Virus record (IMG/VR): IMGVR_UViG_3300022543_000001 | Location: 1 to 64,000 of that record | DNA: 64,000 nt | From: a virus | Lineage: Duplodnaviria > Caudoviricetes | Reading direction: 5' to 3' (one strand) | In this document: positions 39,101 to 47,513 of the stretch, piece by piece | Numbering within the stretch: the first letter of the stretch is position 1 | Layout: each line of letters begins with the position of its first letter | Translations under genes and position numbers: made by a program | Notes under the pieces: model-generated | Database searches by the model: none | What the model was told of the DNA's origin: nothing | The model's input: only the letters and a program-made list of their open reading frames with translations

Positions 39101-40112
39101 CTTTGATAGTCTTAACTAATTTTTTAAAGTCAGTTTCAGTTACTTTTACTTTACCATTGCTTTCTTCTTCAATGATGTCTGCTTGTCTTCTAGCAATAAC
39201 TTCTGGTTGTACAAGATTATAATGACGATTGCTTCTGTTAGACAATAATAATTTACCGTCAACAAGGTTTACTTTTCTAAGGTACTGATAAACAATCCTA
39301 CCTTCTGCAGGGTTGTCTGTAATTGTACCATCCGGTTTAAAGTATACAAGACCTCCTTTTGAATCTGTAACAACAGCAGCTATACCATTATCATTTGGAT
39401 TCTTCTCTAGGAATGCTCTATCATCAGCAGTTAATAGTTCAGGAGAAATATTTCTTGTTAACTGTGTAGTCAAAGCAAGTATTACTCCATTATATTCAAT
39501 CTCTTCTGTACCCGTTCTTTGTTTAGCTATCTCTACTATAGCTTTAACTACTTCAGAAAATAGTTTCTTTTCAGGATCTATGTTGTTTCTTTCTTCCTCA
39601 GATAAAGTTTCTGGATTTCCAGCATATGCAATTTGAATAGATGTAGCCCAAGGGGTTGATACCTTAGCACCATTGTCTTCATTAAATGACCAGAACTCCT
39701 TCTCGTCTACTTCAGGAACAAAGTCTTTTTTACCTTTGTTTGTATTTTTAATCTCAGAATCAATCTGCTGCTTGCTCTTTTTTTTAGTTGCAATATCCTT
39801 TCCTACCTCAGTAAGATCAGCATATCTTTTTCTCATTTGTGCAAGAGCAGTAAAATCAAAACCATTATCAACTAGATAATCATTAGCTTCATTGTCTTGA
39901 GTAACTAAATGGAATACATCAGGAATAGCTTGTGCATATAACATAGCTTTAACTTGATCTCCTGTAGCTTCTTTTACAACATTGTATGTGTCTTGAACAA
40001 TTTTATTCAAGTCAATTGCAGGTAATTCAGAATTACCTAATCTATCAGTTACTTCACCATAAAGTACTTCATATAAATCTAATACCTGCTCTCTATTTAA
40101 ACTACATGCCAT
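30165..40112 (-). CDS. Virion-packaged crAss-like single-chain RNA polymerase with N-terminal zincin-like domain
   Basis: VRIPVQGLNSM...EIVAKSGGDFDIDKL (DxDxD at 33255-33269; DFDID as in phi14:2 gp66), IADGQG, and VYHEAWH...EESLAEEF. Confidence 0.9.
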   Translation of the reverse strand: MACSLNREQVLDLYEVLYGEVTDRLGNSELPAIDLNKIVQDTYNVVKEATGDQVKAMLYAQAIPDVFHLVTQDNEANDYLVDNGFDFTALAQMRKRYADLTEVGKDIATKKKSKQQIDSEIKNTNKGKKDFVPEVDEKEFWSFNEDNGAKVSTPWATSIQIAYAGNPETLSEEERNNIDPEKKLFSEVVKAIVEIAKQRTGTEEIEYNGVILALTTQLTRNISPELLTADDRAFLEKNPNDNGIAAVVTDSKGGLVYFKPDGTITDNPAEGRIVYQYLRKVNLVDGKLLLSNRSNRHYNLVQPEVIARRQADIIEEESNGKVKVTETDFKKLVKTIKDRQDREMNELYQLRKLIEESNGDLQIILPILGGTFGIPRTAVKTMTLEEAGLTEEDIKNYTGITTGKDTGKQYVIIQKTKAGGLNVDQEVFLQRSDIDQSLAEQLATVLTTTAKLKGRELTPDERKAYFEIFINNALMKDPKTGYKTNLPYNRDRIRAKVLIVNNEKTFFVELNGKEIPQDVLYTETGKKLIVDHLLSARPKDKVKDEFWPANVQYNNKYKGKTFTEYSIEGDKITESSKDYFEAIKPYVKVTYTTETNAYENGMNAYLTYAIPDGTVEFDGIIPVGRPKPTQSKPAPKAKVDKEAPKPAPKKQTRTKPVTAAQTPSKTEAEAKETNIRNNPSTRVSLLDDIINGSSNSALYKKKGLDRSKLRDRFLDKVFTSKSDRQKAESWWNNSPLSKFISLERVTEIVNSDAFATWSGYGITLYEADGGTMVDVYHEAWHGFSQLLLTKDEKIKLYEEVQTLAKYKGKSFFDIEESLAEEFRAYAKSKGKKEVRGILGKLFDKIYQFIQKLFGKVTKQQAATSLQDVESVKELFDKLYRASENPSILSSLKPSMDNVMFGKLNRSKIINDNFTLEESKKIADAMDSMMSVIFQAHNRDFNTTAAALKLLKDPENKKDLYRDIYDRFERLRIAYVADLEADDELLTDPKFLEELELLDKITSNFGNLTDSLDGREKNNVIAYHLEKSRYRVLRDQYIEIEDPSNIEKSNLFKLNDGNTISSKELASEDTMMLLASIFKVSKENGEIVTNRDGLFGLPVLQDVDITWNRLAKILEGSFDEMDMYSRIFENSENYPELEQLQKLLPNPFFNEKTALGQYTPMEFSSETNFWQDFKKPRIPYVQLNLNKEEARSEEGINKSFEARVAKANFDVYQVIQDWKSNFVTADSTINPYVSKDKYGNNILNTSKIVKEFGTDGRFNYRKANEFLQAIGIVLDQSSSAIKEIVNNRTTPFSTTFGIDRMYEVIKKVNKSSSADAFLFKKDPLTYLLNGLPESLRDSQSQSDEVRGRIRALAGLQNAFSDSYSNFSVQTPEGNRVWEHMVDNTITRIVTAINYADNWQQLTTAEADPNGRFKHMRWLNESNNTLSPFSKLLNSIFDLDPMSPTYGQKISDAKITLQNVAGTQMVSRRNEGGTSTASMDATSKYLQEFHTMLLSGVEEFMRHASKNTAMGMTIDGDIKTYNGKKASKLYVDMESFLPYADGTIKSYDIIEGYLAGEANRIFRFQQDIDKFENYAGYNRKVKRKDGKKTAVMAGQAFTAFDDILSPTTQKELYSIIDAASDNKLSDFDLMTELDNNPTLRDLIRKDVEKYFDIDTAANYTRLQKAKYVDKGLIERIKVTNEDLTEKDIETALVKAYTYNSFIHKMETVIIAYGDLVQYNHAKEEFHKRNAGLASGGKGFRADKRAQIYVSSLKNYYADRRGYAVRNYDGTLQTAIIKEMQFNSVMYKEYRDEIEEAIYARTKNRKLAKENADKAASEYFSTDKPQMKIADGQGIVGFETYRRLKHLEGNWSDQQELLYRKVSMGQNITAEDVVEFFPPYKLQYFGNIESTGLPVNSFHKFSLAPIIPGVGKEGTPMYDLHEKMMKDQIDYVLFESGSKVSHIGKGDVVLNPDGTFDKNSKFTINTIYAEFLKNQTEVNATYKGKSIFSTQLRKLILEGLYQQGKIKSTKYQDITEERVKKYIDHVEEYTNLLKIELLEEMGYEETTPGEYKAKDKSSIAKLVNMIRTNLEREEVLSDDLIEFIDVFDNNGDLVHDLSFHPEAAKIEKLLLSMINKRVIKQKVTGEPLIQVSVGLYANQFTEPDLRKASKDEIKKWASTTYLLPTYHKKANGYTAAAKVMIAMQGSYYNLFNLEYANDETVGVYLEDGTLDMDKSLARLNEKIKDDSWLDANEGAVRKAITLVGVRIPVQGLNSMEFAEVFEFLPPQAGNIIIPPAEIVAKSGGDFDIDKLTIFMNTLDEDGNVIKRSYKDNQTIKNLRGTDNFAKAVKEQKAALENELIEDIKNILELPDNYASLIMPNGTFILKDIADKLSDKVSEYNPKNNKMTENTGEISPTRVLEAMYNIYKHESNIVGKKTLGLGAIENTFNVIMNSLGAYMPDEYTLKRELRKSNMRLRHNKMTADGKEVISMSDLYDVDGINKVGDVISQMMNGWVDVEKDAWIFFIQGNYEVAPTLLYLVKAGVPVQEAIYFVSNPLVREYVDEQRLAKSTFADVLNKKPDSPGLAKYKAASEVIKNHFDKAELAKNSSNDARYLKGQELLNDHFKDRKEKTFTLTEMEDLINSNDKDSDIAKAMFLHYLELEQQISGYTALKMSSNPDTATKSTLSDVEQSEANIEELEFDSRIPREILNSMMNDSIISSFFNGPMALAVSRPLFKLRYHKQISDYLIARKNQIRNDLETTFPGKNIEMFSNVFRNDIVSFILQNALRKYKAEEGFMSLNMETKIPTALVKELKRGAFVKGGTLYVDVKQLQKEFKSQAWIEGSDAENSYEDRGLYPLHPSTFMNNEETNFSEYQKFVSEREYLRSVYPLTTDYSTSVEFQEELKTTKELFPDLSNEKAVRYTYEKLLAIKALDNSYNFFHLFQDSDNAFAVRMSKLLQNNPELAKDYPVLGRLKLDSDKTETAFNILLAEKSFDSDKSNLYSNDLKRLADPTVQKVSDPQENARISDMFKYLSTFAFLQTGLNKTKLSFTNVVDYTDFLNIVEDEVGKFTDALDKKGFTVLDNFYDQFIRQNSVTNLNKNRFKDYLSGMDYANPERISPTVAPTPQRGQQVAEEDSTNLDTTAEVKRLGLRSTDKEGVFMYNDSNAKNIYYYTNIGKNNPDVVFVHNTSVYEIKPEQIAKGTNLGGASNFMSEVPSMSINFPTNLFASVVNGKQVDLSPDQYQTLKNIWEKRINIIKQIQEKDGKIAFPEYGFGDPNTMPQELFVYLSKRLFEEFQYVNPGSTMYDQMRDLVSASQGISDAEILTQLELEEDPFKCS

Positions 40113-40113
40113 T

Positions 40114-43100
40114 TTAACAAGTTTTTGAATTTTCAGCTAATTTATCTAATCTTGATTTTTTATCAGATGCTTTTGATTTTTCTTTTGCTTCAGCAAGTGC
40201 TGCTGCATCATTTTGAATATCCTTGATAGTATCTTTTGATTCATTAGAATCTTCGATATCTACAGGAGTTATTTCTACATTTGCTTCAGGTTGTGTTGCT
40301 TCCATAGTTGTTTTTTCAAAATTTTCTATAAGTTCTGCTTCAGTAAAATCTCTTGATTCTTCAGTCTTAATATTTTTCAATTTAACCGAATCTTTATTCT
40401 TTTTTACCACGATAACTTCCTCACCAGAGAAGTCTGTAAAGATAGGATTTTTACTTATAAGATACTCATCCACAGCAATATTTTGAATAGAAACAATTGT
40501 TTTTAATTCCTGTAATCTATTGGTATAAGCATCTCTTATAGCAGTTGTATCTTGATCATTTTTTACAGCATCCAGAAATGCTTCTTCATAAACTTGCTCA
40601 ATAGTATCTAACGTAGCATTGTTTATTTTTTCAACAGAATCTAACACCTCTTCAAACTCTACAGGTTCTTCAAATGTTTCACCTAAACTTTCTTCTCTTG
40701 CTTGTTTGACAAGGTCTTCAAGTTCCGTTCTTGTAGCTGGTCTAGAAACTGTTTCTGCTGGTTTTCTGCTAGACCTTTCATTCTGAGGTACACTAGACCC
40801 TTTCTGTACTTCTGCTGATCCTGGCCCAAAGACTTGGTCGGCTGCTTCTTGTTTTTTGCTGATTCTTCCATTCTTAGTTAAATTAATTAATTGCATGTCA
40901 TTAAGTAAATCATTCAATGCATTAATTTGATTAGTAATATCATCTACTATATCTCCACGATTAATTACAGTGTAACCTAATGACTCTAATTTTTGAATAG
41001 TGTCTTTAGCCCATTTTGTAATAGTGTTTAGATCTGACTTCTTTAAAGCTTGCACTCCACTCTCTATCAAAGTATCTAATGCATCTGGATATTCAGCACT
41101 CAGTATTTCTGTTATTGCTGTACCAATATTACGTGATAAAGATAAGTTATCTATTGCTTTTAAGTCTTGTGTTTCATTTGCTTTTGTAGTATTTCTAGTT
41201 AATCTCTGAAAACTATTTGGCAATCTATTCAAAGCAAAAATGTAATCATCTGCATTCTCTCCATAGACAAACATTTTTTTGTTTGATTCAGCAAGAGAAA
41301 CTCTTTTATTATTAAGTTGTTTAATTTGATCTTGTAGTTTGGCAATCCTGGTAATCAAAGCATCTCTTTTATCAGAGTCTATATCTTCTGTAGAGACAAT
41401 ATTACGGAGGTCTCCAATTTTTTGAGATAACCCACCGATCTGTTTATCAATTTTACTTATTGCTTCATCATTAGACATATAACTTAAGACAGTTATAGTT
41501 CCAGTTTTGTCTCTTAATACATCATACCTTACACCATTTATTGTTGCAATAGTATCATCATTATTAGAGAATGCTGCATTAACTACTTTACCGTTTACAG
41601 TTGAAACTTGACCAATAGATTCAGTTGGTACAACCATACCTAGTCCAGCAGCACTTAATTTTAATAAACCATTAGATACATTTTTACCATCAATCTTTAT
41701 TGGAAAAACTTCAATAACTCCTTCAGTTGATTTAATAGCTTCAGAAATCTTTTTAATATTACTTTCAAGTTCAGCAATATAATCTGGATTACCAAACTCA
41801 CCTTTTTCTACAGCTAAGTTTGCTTCTAATGCATCTAGTGTAAGTTGTAATGTAGATATGTCATCATTAATAACAATCTCAACTCCAAATTCTGCATTTG
41901 GCATTAGTACTAATTTACCAACTCGACCATTATAAATAACAGCTTTATTTACATTTTCTCCAATTCCATTTTTAGTAGGGTCAGATTCTTCAATACCCAC
42001 AGTTACAGAAGATGGTTTTGCTTCTTCTCTCTTAATAGGTGCTTTAATATCTGGCGTTGTTTTAGTGATACCGTAGTTTTCAATTTCCGGTAAGTATTCT
42101 AAATCAATTGTGTCCTTTCCATCCTCTACAATAGAAGCAAGTTCGATGTCATTAATGTAACCATCAATAGTTACATCAATTTCAAACGGCATTAACTTCA
42201 AGTCAGGTGTAATAGCAGTATTATTGTGGAACATGTAACCATATATAGACTGTTGAGCACGGAAATATGTAGACTTATCTTTAAGTTTACCTGTTCCAAA
42301 TGCTGTCCATTTATCTTTACCTGCAGTTTTAATATCCACAATAGCAACTGAACCATCTTCTCTTACTAAAAGTAAGTCAAGCTCTCCTGTTACACCATTA
42401 CCGTCTCGTAAATTTTTATCAAATAGTTTTACGTTCTCTGATAAGATAGTGTATGTACCATCTACTATACCAAGTCTAAACTTAGTGACAATACCTCCAG
42501 GGTTACTTGGTGTAACTGGTGCAAATAGTTTATCAAAAACTTTTCTTGCCATTACATCAGATATCTTAACCGGTCTACCTTTTATCTCTACTTCAGAATC
42601 ATAATCAAATTCTGAGAAATTAGATTTAGTTCCTGCATTAGGGGTAAGGAATACTCTGATTAGGTTATCCACCACGTCTCCAGCATCTGCAAACTCTCTG
42701 AATGCTGTTTTTGAAACAACATTTTTTAAATTTTCATATGTAGGTCTATTACCTAATGCATTCTCAATTGTTTTTAATTTCTTTTCTGATCTAAATACTT
42801 TCCATCCACCTTGTGATTGATAAACTTTTCTTTTAAAAGCTTCCATAAATAATCGTACTCTATCTTCAAGTACAATATCTGGATCATTAAAGAATTGATT
42901 AAACAAATTCTCAAGTGGAGCAGCAGTAGGATTACCATCTGCATCAACACCCGGTTTCAATGGATTGTAAATAAAAGGATCTTTACCTAACATCTCAGTC
43001 TCAACTTCTTCAGCAACTTGAGTAGATCTAGCTGGCATAGGATCATTAGGACCTCTATCTCTAAAAGTTCTACCTATGACATTACCATCTTCATCAGTTA

Positions 43101-46100
43101 CATCAACAAGTTCATCTTGTTTGTTAATAACATACTCTTGTATGATATTAATAGTTTGTTCTGCAATGTTTCTAGGTTCTGATGCAGTTACTCTTGCATT
43201 AAGATATCCAGTTAAACCTTCTATATCATCTTTAATGTTTGAAATATCTTCTGGAGTCAACTGTATATATTCACCCTTCTTTTTAGGATTAGGATACTGA
43301 CCATCTTCTAAAAACTTTTGGAATCTTTTTACTATACTTGATATAGTATATGTAGTTGTTTGAGCATTGATTTTTGTATCAATAAACTTTAGAGCAGGAG
43401 GTTGAGCCAATCTTTGAGCTTTATCTAATGCATTTTGTTTAGACTGCTCATTAAATGATTCAATTAAAGAACCTTGTGTTTCTAACCAGTTACTTCTAAG
43501 TCTATCATACTCAATTGGATTATTTACTTTAATCTCTAATGGTTCCATTAGAACATTGACTAAATAATCATCAAATGCTTTTGTTATTTCATCTTGAAAT
43601 TCTAAATCAAAATCCTCAAACTCAGTTTTAGTTGTGTAAGTATCAGGAGTATTTTCATCAACACCTTTCTTTTTGAAATCATTTTTTACTTCAGCAATAA
43701 GGTTATCATACTTATCATTAATAGCATCTATTGCTTCTTGATAAGCTAAAAATTCTCTTGTGTTTTTTACATCAATAGTTGGAGCTGCTGGTTTTTTACT
43801 TAACTCAGTTTCAATTTCAGAAAGTCTTGCTGCAGCATATTCACCATATATAACAGATTTAAGAGCAGCATCAATTCTTGTATTAAATGCTTCTTGTTGA
43901 TCATCTATATCAGAAGTGTCATACTTTTGAGATACATCAAAAATGTTTTTATTTTTTTGTCTATCATTCTTTTGTATTTCTTCTTGCTCACTAAAAAATT
44001 CTTGAGCATTAAGACCTTGTTTTTCTAAAACTTCTGTAGCAAGAACTTCAGCAGCTGCTTGAACATCTACATAATTATCAGAAGCTAATTTATCAATAGC
44101 TTTTGTAACTAATTCTTTTTCTTTCTCAAGTGCTTTTCTTTCTTCGTCTGTAAGTTCTTCACTAGCAATACGTTCTGATTCTTGTTGTAAGTATTCTTCT
44201 TCAGTTAAACCGTATTTTTCTTTGAACCTATTCTCATATTTAGATCGTTCAGCATCTAATAAATCAGCTCTTTCATCCTCAAGTGTTTGAATTCTTTTAT
44301 CAAGTACTTGTTTTTGTGTAAGAGGATCACCAGCTGGTTTTTTCTCAGAAAGTTCAGCAGCTTTTATAAATAATTCAATGTAGTCTTCATAAACAATAGA
44401 ACCTTTGTTAATCATTCTATTATTTGTGACGTCAATAAAATACTCAGGTAAATACCTTGGATCTTCTGACCATTTAGAAAACTCTTCTAAGTCAACAAAT
44501 ATTCCTTGATCAGCCAATGTATTTAACAAAGTGTTTTTTTCAATAGCTGATATCTCTTGATTTACAATGTTTTTAATAACTTCTTCTCTATTATTATAAA
44601 GATCCTTCATAAACTTGAAGTTTCTCATAATGTGCTCATAGAACTCTCTTGGATTAGATAATAAATTTACATGTTCAGCAAGTCTTGCTGATTCATTTCT
44701 TAATACATGTGTATCAAGTAAACTATCAAATAAATCATCAATACCACCTAACTCTTGCAATTCTTGTTCTAACTGCATTCTTTTATCAAAACCACCAGCT
44801 AAACCATTTAATAAATTAGCAAATGATTCTTTATAATCTAAGAACTCATTACTTTCTCCATTGTCATACTGTTTTACAATTTCATCAATACTTGCTAAAG
44901 AAGCATCTTGATCTGACATGTCTGGATTTTCTCTTAATATTTCATTTTTAATATTATCAAGCAATGTCTTATTGACAAATAAATCTACAAGACTTTCTTG
45001 TCTTTCTTGGAAATTAGAATATAATTCAAGAAGTTCTCTTTTTCTTGATGCTTCAGCAATTGATTCTGAAGTGTTAAAAGATTCTAAGTTCTCTATCTCA
45101 GTCTTCAACATCTCAACTTCTCTTTGTAATTTATTAGGATCCGTCAATGTTGTAAAGTCAGAGAAGTTAGATTCTCTAATTGCTGATAGAGAAGATAAAG
45201 TTTCGTATAACTTCTTTTCTCTTTTTACATTGTTATCAAATGACTCGTGTAAGAAAACATAATTATATAATGCTTGATTATATGCTTTATTGTAAATCTG
45301 AGCCATTCTATATTCTTCAGTATCTTTTTCATAGTCATCTAAGTTGGCCATGAATTTCATTTTAGATTTAGCAGTGTCCCATCTAGTAGCAATCTTTTTA
45401 GCATTCTCTAGTGACTGATCAAATCTTTCTAATGCCTTAGTACCTTGACCAGGAGCTAGACCCCATGCCTCTTCTAAGTCAGTTGCTGAAGCTTGTTTGT
45501 AATTTTCATAATGGTTTAAGAATGAATTAAAGGTTCCATTTTGTAATGAACCTAATACTGCAGATTGAAAAGCAGCAAACTCAGTATCTCTAATTTCTTT
45601 TGTAGTTTGATTTTCTGGATCATCTATTATTTTTCCTAACAGAGATTGATTAACATAGTTGTTGATTCTGTCATCAAAGAAATACTGTGGATTTTTATAC
45701 ATAGTATTTAATTGATCTACTACAGTATCAGCTAGTTCTTCTCTACCATCTAAGTACTCTTTATAAGCAGCATCTTTTTTAAGATAATCATTGTATCCAA
45801 CAGTTGCATATTTTTTAATATGACCAGGAGCTTGTAAGATAGAACCCATTAAGAATCCAGACAAGAATGTTTCAAGTCCTTGAGAACTGAATTGTTTTTT
45901 TACTGAGTCACCTAATAAAGCAGCACCGTATCTAAAACTTCTTGCATCAGGATTATTATATGTTTCTACATAATAGTTTTGTGTAGCTTCCTGTAATACA
46001 TCTTGAGCTATTTCTTGACCACCTTCTACAACATTTGCTTTAAAATAATTTAAACCAACTTTACCGTATGTACCAGGTTTAGCCAAAGACTTAATAGCAT

Positions 46101-47508
46101 TGACTAAGTTTACTCTTTGTTTAACAAACGTACCTTCTAGTGCAGTCTTACCTGGTTGGAAAAGGATTTGGAAATCTTTCCCTACATTAGTAACCACTTT
46201 ACCAAAACTAAACTTTGGTGCTCCTTTTAAGAAACTAGCATTAGTAATTGAAGGAAACACAAGTTTGTTAGAAAGAAATATAAGAGCAGTATTAGAAGCT
46301 GTATTTAAAAATGCACCTTCAGATGATTGTCTCATCATACTCTCTTGTTCTTCTAGAGTAGGTCCTTTACCATTATGGTCTTGTACAAATTTATTGTACA
46401 ATCTATCATATGTCTGAGCTCTTGTGAATCCTCCCTCAAGTTTACCTTCAGAAAGAGCCATGTTCAAGTTCATCATGTCATGCCACAATGCACCTGCAGT
46501 TGTTGCACTCCTTGCTAAGTTTGTAAGGTTGTCAGTATTCTTTAACTGATTGTATGCTTGTAATGTATTCCCTAAAGGGTTAATGAAGTTACCAAAGTTT
46601 TTAGCTGAAGCACCAAACAACTCTTTTGCTTTACTTAAGTTAGAATAGTTCTTTACACTTGCTAATAATTCTTTTGTACCTTTAGCAGCTTCAACTAATG
46701 ATTTAGGAAGGCTTCCTAGTTTGTTTAGGAAAGTAGATCCTCCCTCAACAACTCCAGTAGCAGCATTTCCACCACTAAATAAACCACCTATCAGAGCTCC
46801 TTCTACAGCACCTTCCATTAGGATACCCATAGAATAAGCTGCTGAGTTAAATAAGTTTACTGTAAACCCACCAACACCACCTTTTGATGATGCTCCAATA
46901 GCATTAAAGTATTCATAGTCTCTTGCACTTTCAGCACTAGCTTCAAATAAACCATTACCGTCCATGATACTTTTGTAAGAATCAATAGGATCCATGAATC
47001 CTTTAGTCAACATTGGCCATGCAGCATGTGTGGCCCATCTTGTTATATCATCTCCAAATGTTGTATTCTGATTGAATAGAGCTTCATTATCAATAAGTGG
47101 ATGGAATCCAATCTTATTGTATGTATCCTGACCATAAGCTTTATACCTTGCTCTAAATGTTCCTTTAGGAGATGCATCAAAAGCATAAGGTTCAGCATAG
47201 TTACCTACGTCTGTCTTACTGTTTATTTCAGACATACCTCTATCAAGCATAGCACCAAAACCACCTTGACTAACACCGTTTATTCTATCTGCTTTTACAG
47301 AAGAAGGGTAATAGTCTGAAGATATACCTGCTGTATTATCTTTAATATAATTTGTAGGATTAGCAAAATTGTCTTTCCAATTGATCTTTGGAGCAAGAGG
47401 TTGATCTACAGATGCTGGGTTTAAGAAATCACTTTTAGCCATCAACTCATTAAAAGCAGATGGTTGATTGTCTAAATTCTCTACAGTATTTAAGGTTTCT
47501 TCAGCCAT
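40114..47508 (-). CDS. Large internal virion/ejection protein with PD-(D/E)XK nuclease domain
   Basis: Gly-rich hydrophobic N-terminal helices; GELDLLLV..DG.VAIVDIKT...AQQSIYG; long coiled coils. Confidence 0.72.
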   Translation of the reverse strand: MAEETLNTVENLDNQPSAFNELMAKSDFLNPASVDQPLAPKINWKDNFANPTNYIKDNTAGISSDYYPSSVKADRINGVSQGGFGAMLDRGMSEINSKTDVGNYAEPYAFDASPKGTFRARYKAYGQDTYNKIGFHPLIDNEALFNQNTTFGDDITRWATHAAWPMLTKGFMDPIDSYKSIMDGNGLFEASAESARDYEYFNAIGASSKGGVGGFTVNLFNSAAYSMGILMEGAVEGALIGGLFSGGNAATGVVEGGSTFLNKLGSLPKSLVEAAKGTKELLASVKNYSNLSKAKELFGASAKNFGNFINPLGNTLQAYNQLKNTDNLTNLARSATTAGALWHDMMNLNMALSEGKLEGGFTRAQTYDRLYNKFVQDHNGKGPTLEEQESMMRQSSEGAFLNTASNTALIFLSNKLVFPSITNASFLKGAPKFSFGKVVTNVGKDFQILFQPGKTALEGTFVKQRVNLVNAIKSLAKPGTYGKVGLNYFKANVVEGGQEIAQDVLQEATQNYYVETYNNPDARSFRYGAALLGDSVKKQFSSQGLETFLSGFLMGSILQAPGHIKKYATVGYNDYLKKDAAYKEYLDGREELADTVVDQLNTMYKNPQYFFDDRINNYVNQSLLGKIIDDPENQTTKEIRDTEFAAFQSAVLGSLQNGTFNSFLNHYENYKQASATDLEEAWGLAPGQGTKALERFDQSLENAKKIATRWDTAKSKMKFMANLDDYEKDTEEYRMAQIYNKAYNQALYNYVFLHESFDNNVKREKKLYETLSSLSAIRESNFSDFTTLTDPNKLQREVEMLKTEIENLESFNTSESIAEASRKRELLELYSNFQERQESLVDLFVNKTLLDNIKNEILRENPDMSDQDASLASIDEIVKQYDNGESNEFLDYKESFANLLNGLAGGFDKRMQLEQELQELGGIDDLFDSLLDTHVLRNESARLAEHVNLLSNPREFYEHIMRNFKFMKDLYNNREEVIKNIVNQEISAIEKNTLLNTLADQGIFVDLEEFSKWSEDPRYLPEYFIDVTNNRMINKGSIVYEDYIELFIKAAELSEKKPAGDPLTQKQVLDKRIQTLEDERADLLDAERSKYENRFKEKYGLTEEEYLQQESERIASEELTDEERKALEKEKELVTKAIDKLASDNYVDVQAAAEVLATEVLEKQGLNAQEFFSEQEEIQKNDRQKNKNIFDVSQKYDTSDIDDQQEAFNTRIDAALKSVIYGEYAAARLSEIETELSKKPAAPTIDVKNTREFLAYQEAIDAINDKYDNLIAEVKNDFKKKGVDENTPDTYTTKTEFEDFDLEFQDEITKAFDDYLVNVLMEPLEIKVNNPIEYDRLRSNWLETQGSLIESFNEQSKQNALDKAQRLAQPPALKFIDTKINAQTTTYTISSIVKRFQKFLEDGQYPNPKKKGEYIQLTPEDISNIKDDIEGLTGYLNARVTASEPRNIAEQTINIIQEYVINKQDELVDVTDEDGNVIGRTFRDRGPNDPMPARSTQVAEEVETEMLGKDPFIYNPLKPGVDADGNPTAAPLENLFNQFFNDPDIVLEDRVRLFMEAFKRKVYQSQGGWKVFRSEKKLKTIENALGNRPTYENLKNVVSKTAFREFADAGDVVDNLIRVFLTPNAGTKSNFSEFDYDSEVEIKGRPVKISDVMARKVFDKLFAPVTPSNPGGIVTKFRLGIVDGTYTILSENVKLFDKNLRDGNGVTGELDLLLVREDGSVAIVDIKTAGKDKWTAFGTGKLKDKSTYFRAQQSIYGYMFHNNTAITPDLKLMPFEIDVTIDGYINDIELASIVEDGKDTIDLEYLPEIENYGITKTTPDIKAPIKREEAKPSSVTVGIEESDPTKNGIGENVNKAVIYNGRVGKLVLMPNAEFGVEIVINDDISTLQLTLDALEANLAVEKGEFGNPDYIAELESNIKKISEAIKSTEGVIEVFPIKIDGKNVSNGLLKLSAAGLGMVVPTESIGQVSTVNGKVVNAAFSNNDDTIATINGVRYDVLRDKTGTITVLSYMSNDEAISKIDKQIGGLSQKIGDLRNIVSTEDIDSDKRDALITRIAKLQDQIKQLNNKRVSLAESNKKMFVYGENADDYIFALNRLPNSFQRLTRNTTKANETQDLKAIDNLSLSRNIGTAITEILSAEYPDALDTLIESGVQALKKSDLNTITKWAKDTIQKLESLGYTVINRGDIVDDITNQINALNDLLNDMQLINLTKNGRISKKQEAADQVFGPGSAEVQKGSSVPQNERSSRKPAETVSRPATRTELEDLVKQAREESLGETFEEPVEFEEVLDSVEKINNATLDTIEQVYEEAFLDAVKNDQDTTAIRDAYTNRLQELKTIVSIQNIAVDEYLISKNPIFTDFSGEEVIVVKKNKDSVKLKNIKTEESRDFTEAELIENFEKTTMEATQPEANVEITPVDIEDSNESKDTIKDIQNDAAALAEAKEKSKASDKKSRLDKLAENSKTC

Positions 47509-47513
47509 TTTAA

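Noticed and set aside
30164-40113. Programmed read-through or frameshift fusing the giant genes
   Set aside because: Both junctions are TAA-N-ATG, typical of translational coupling, with no slippery sequence or stimulatory structure seen
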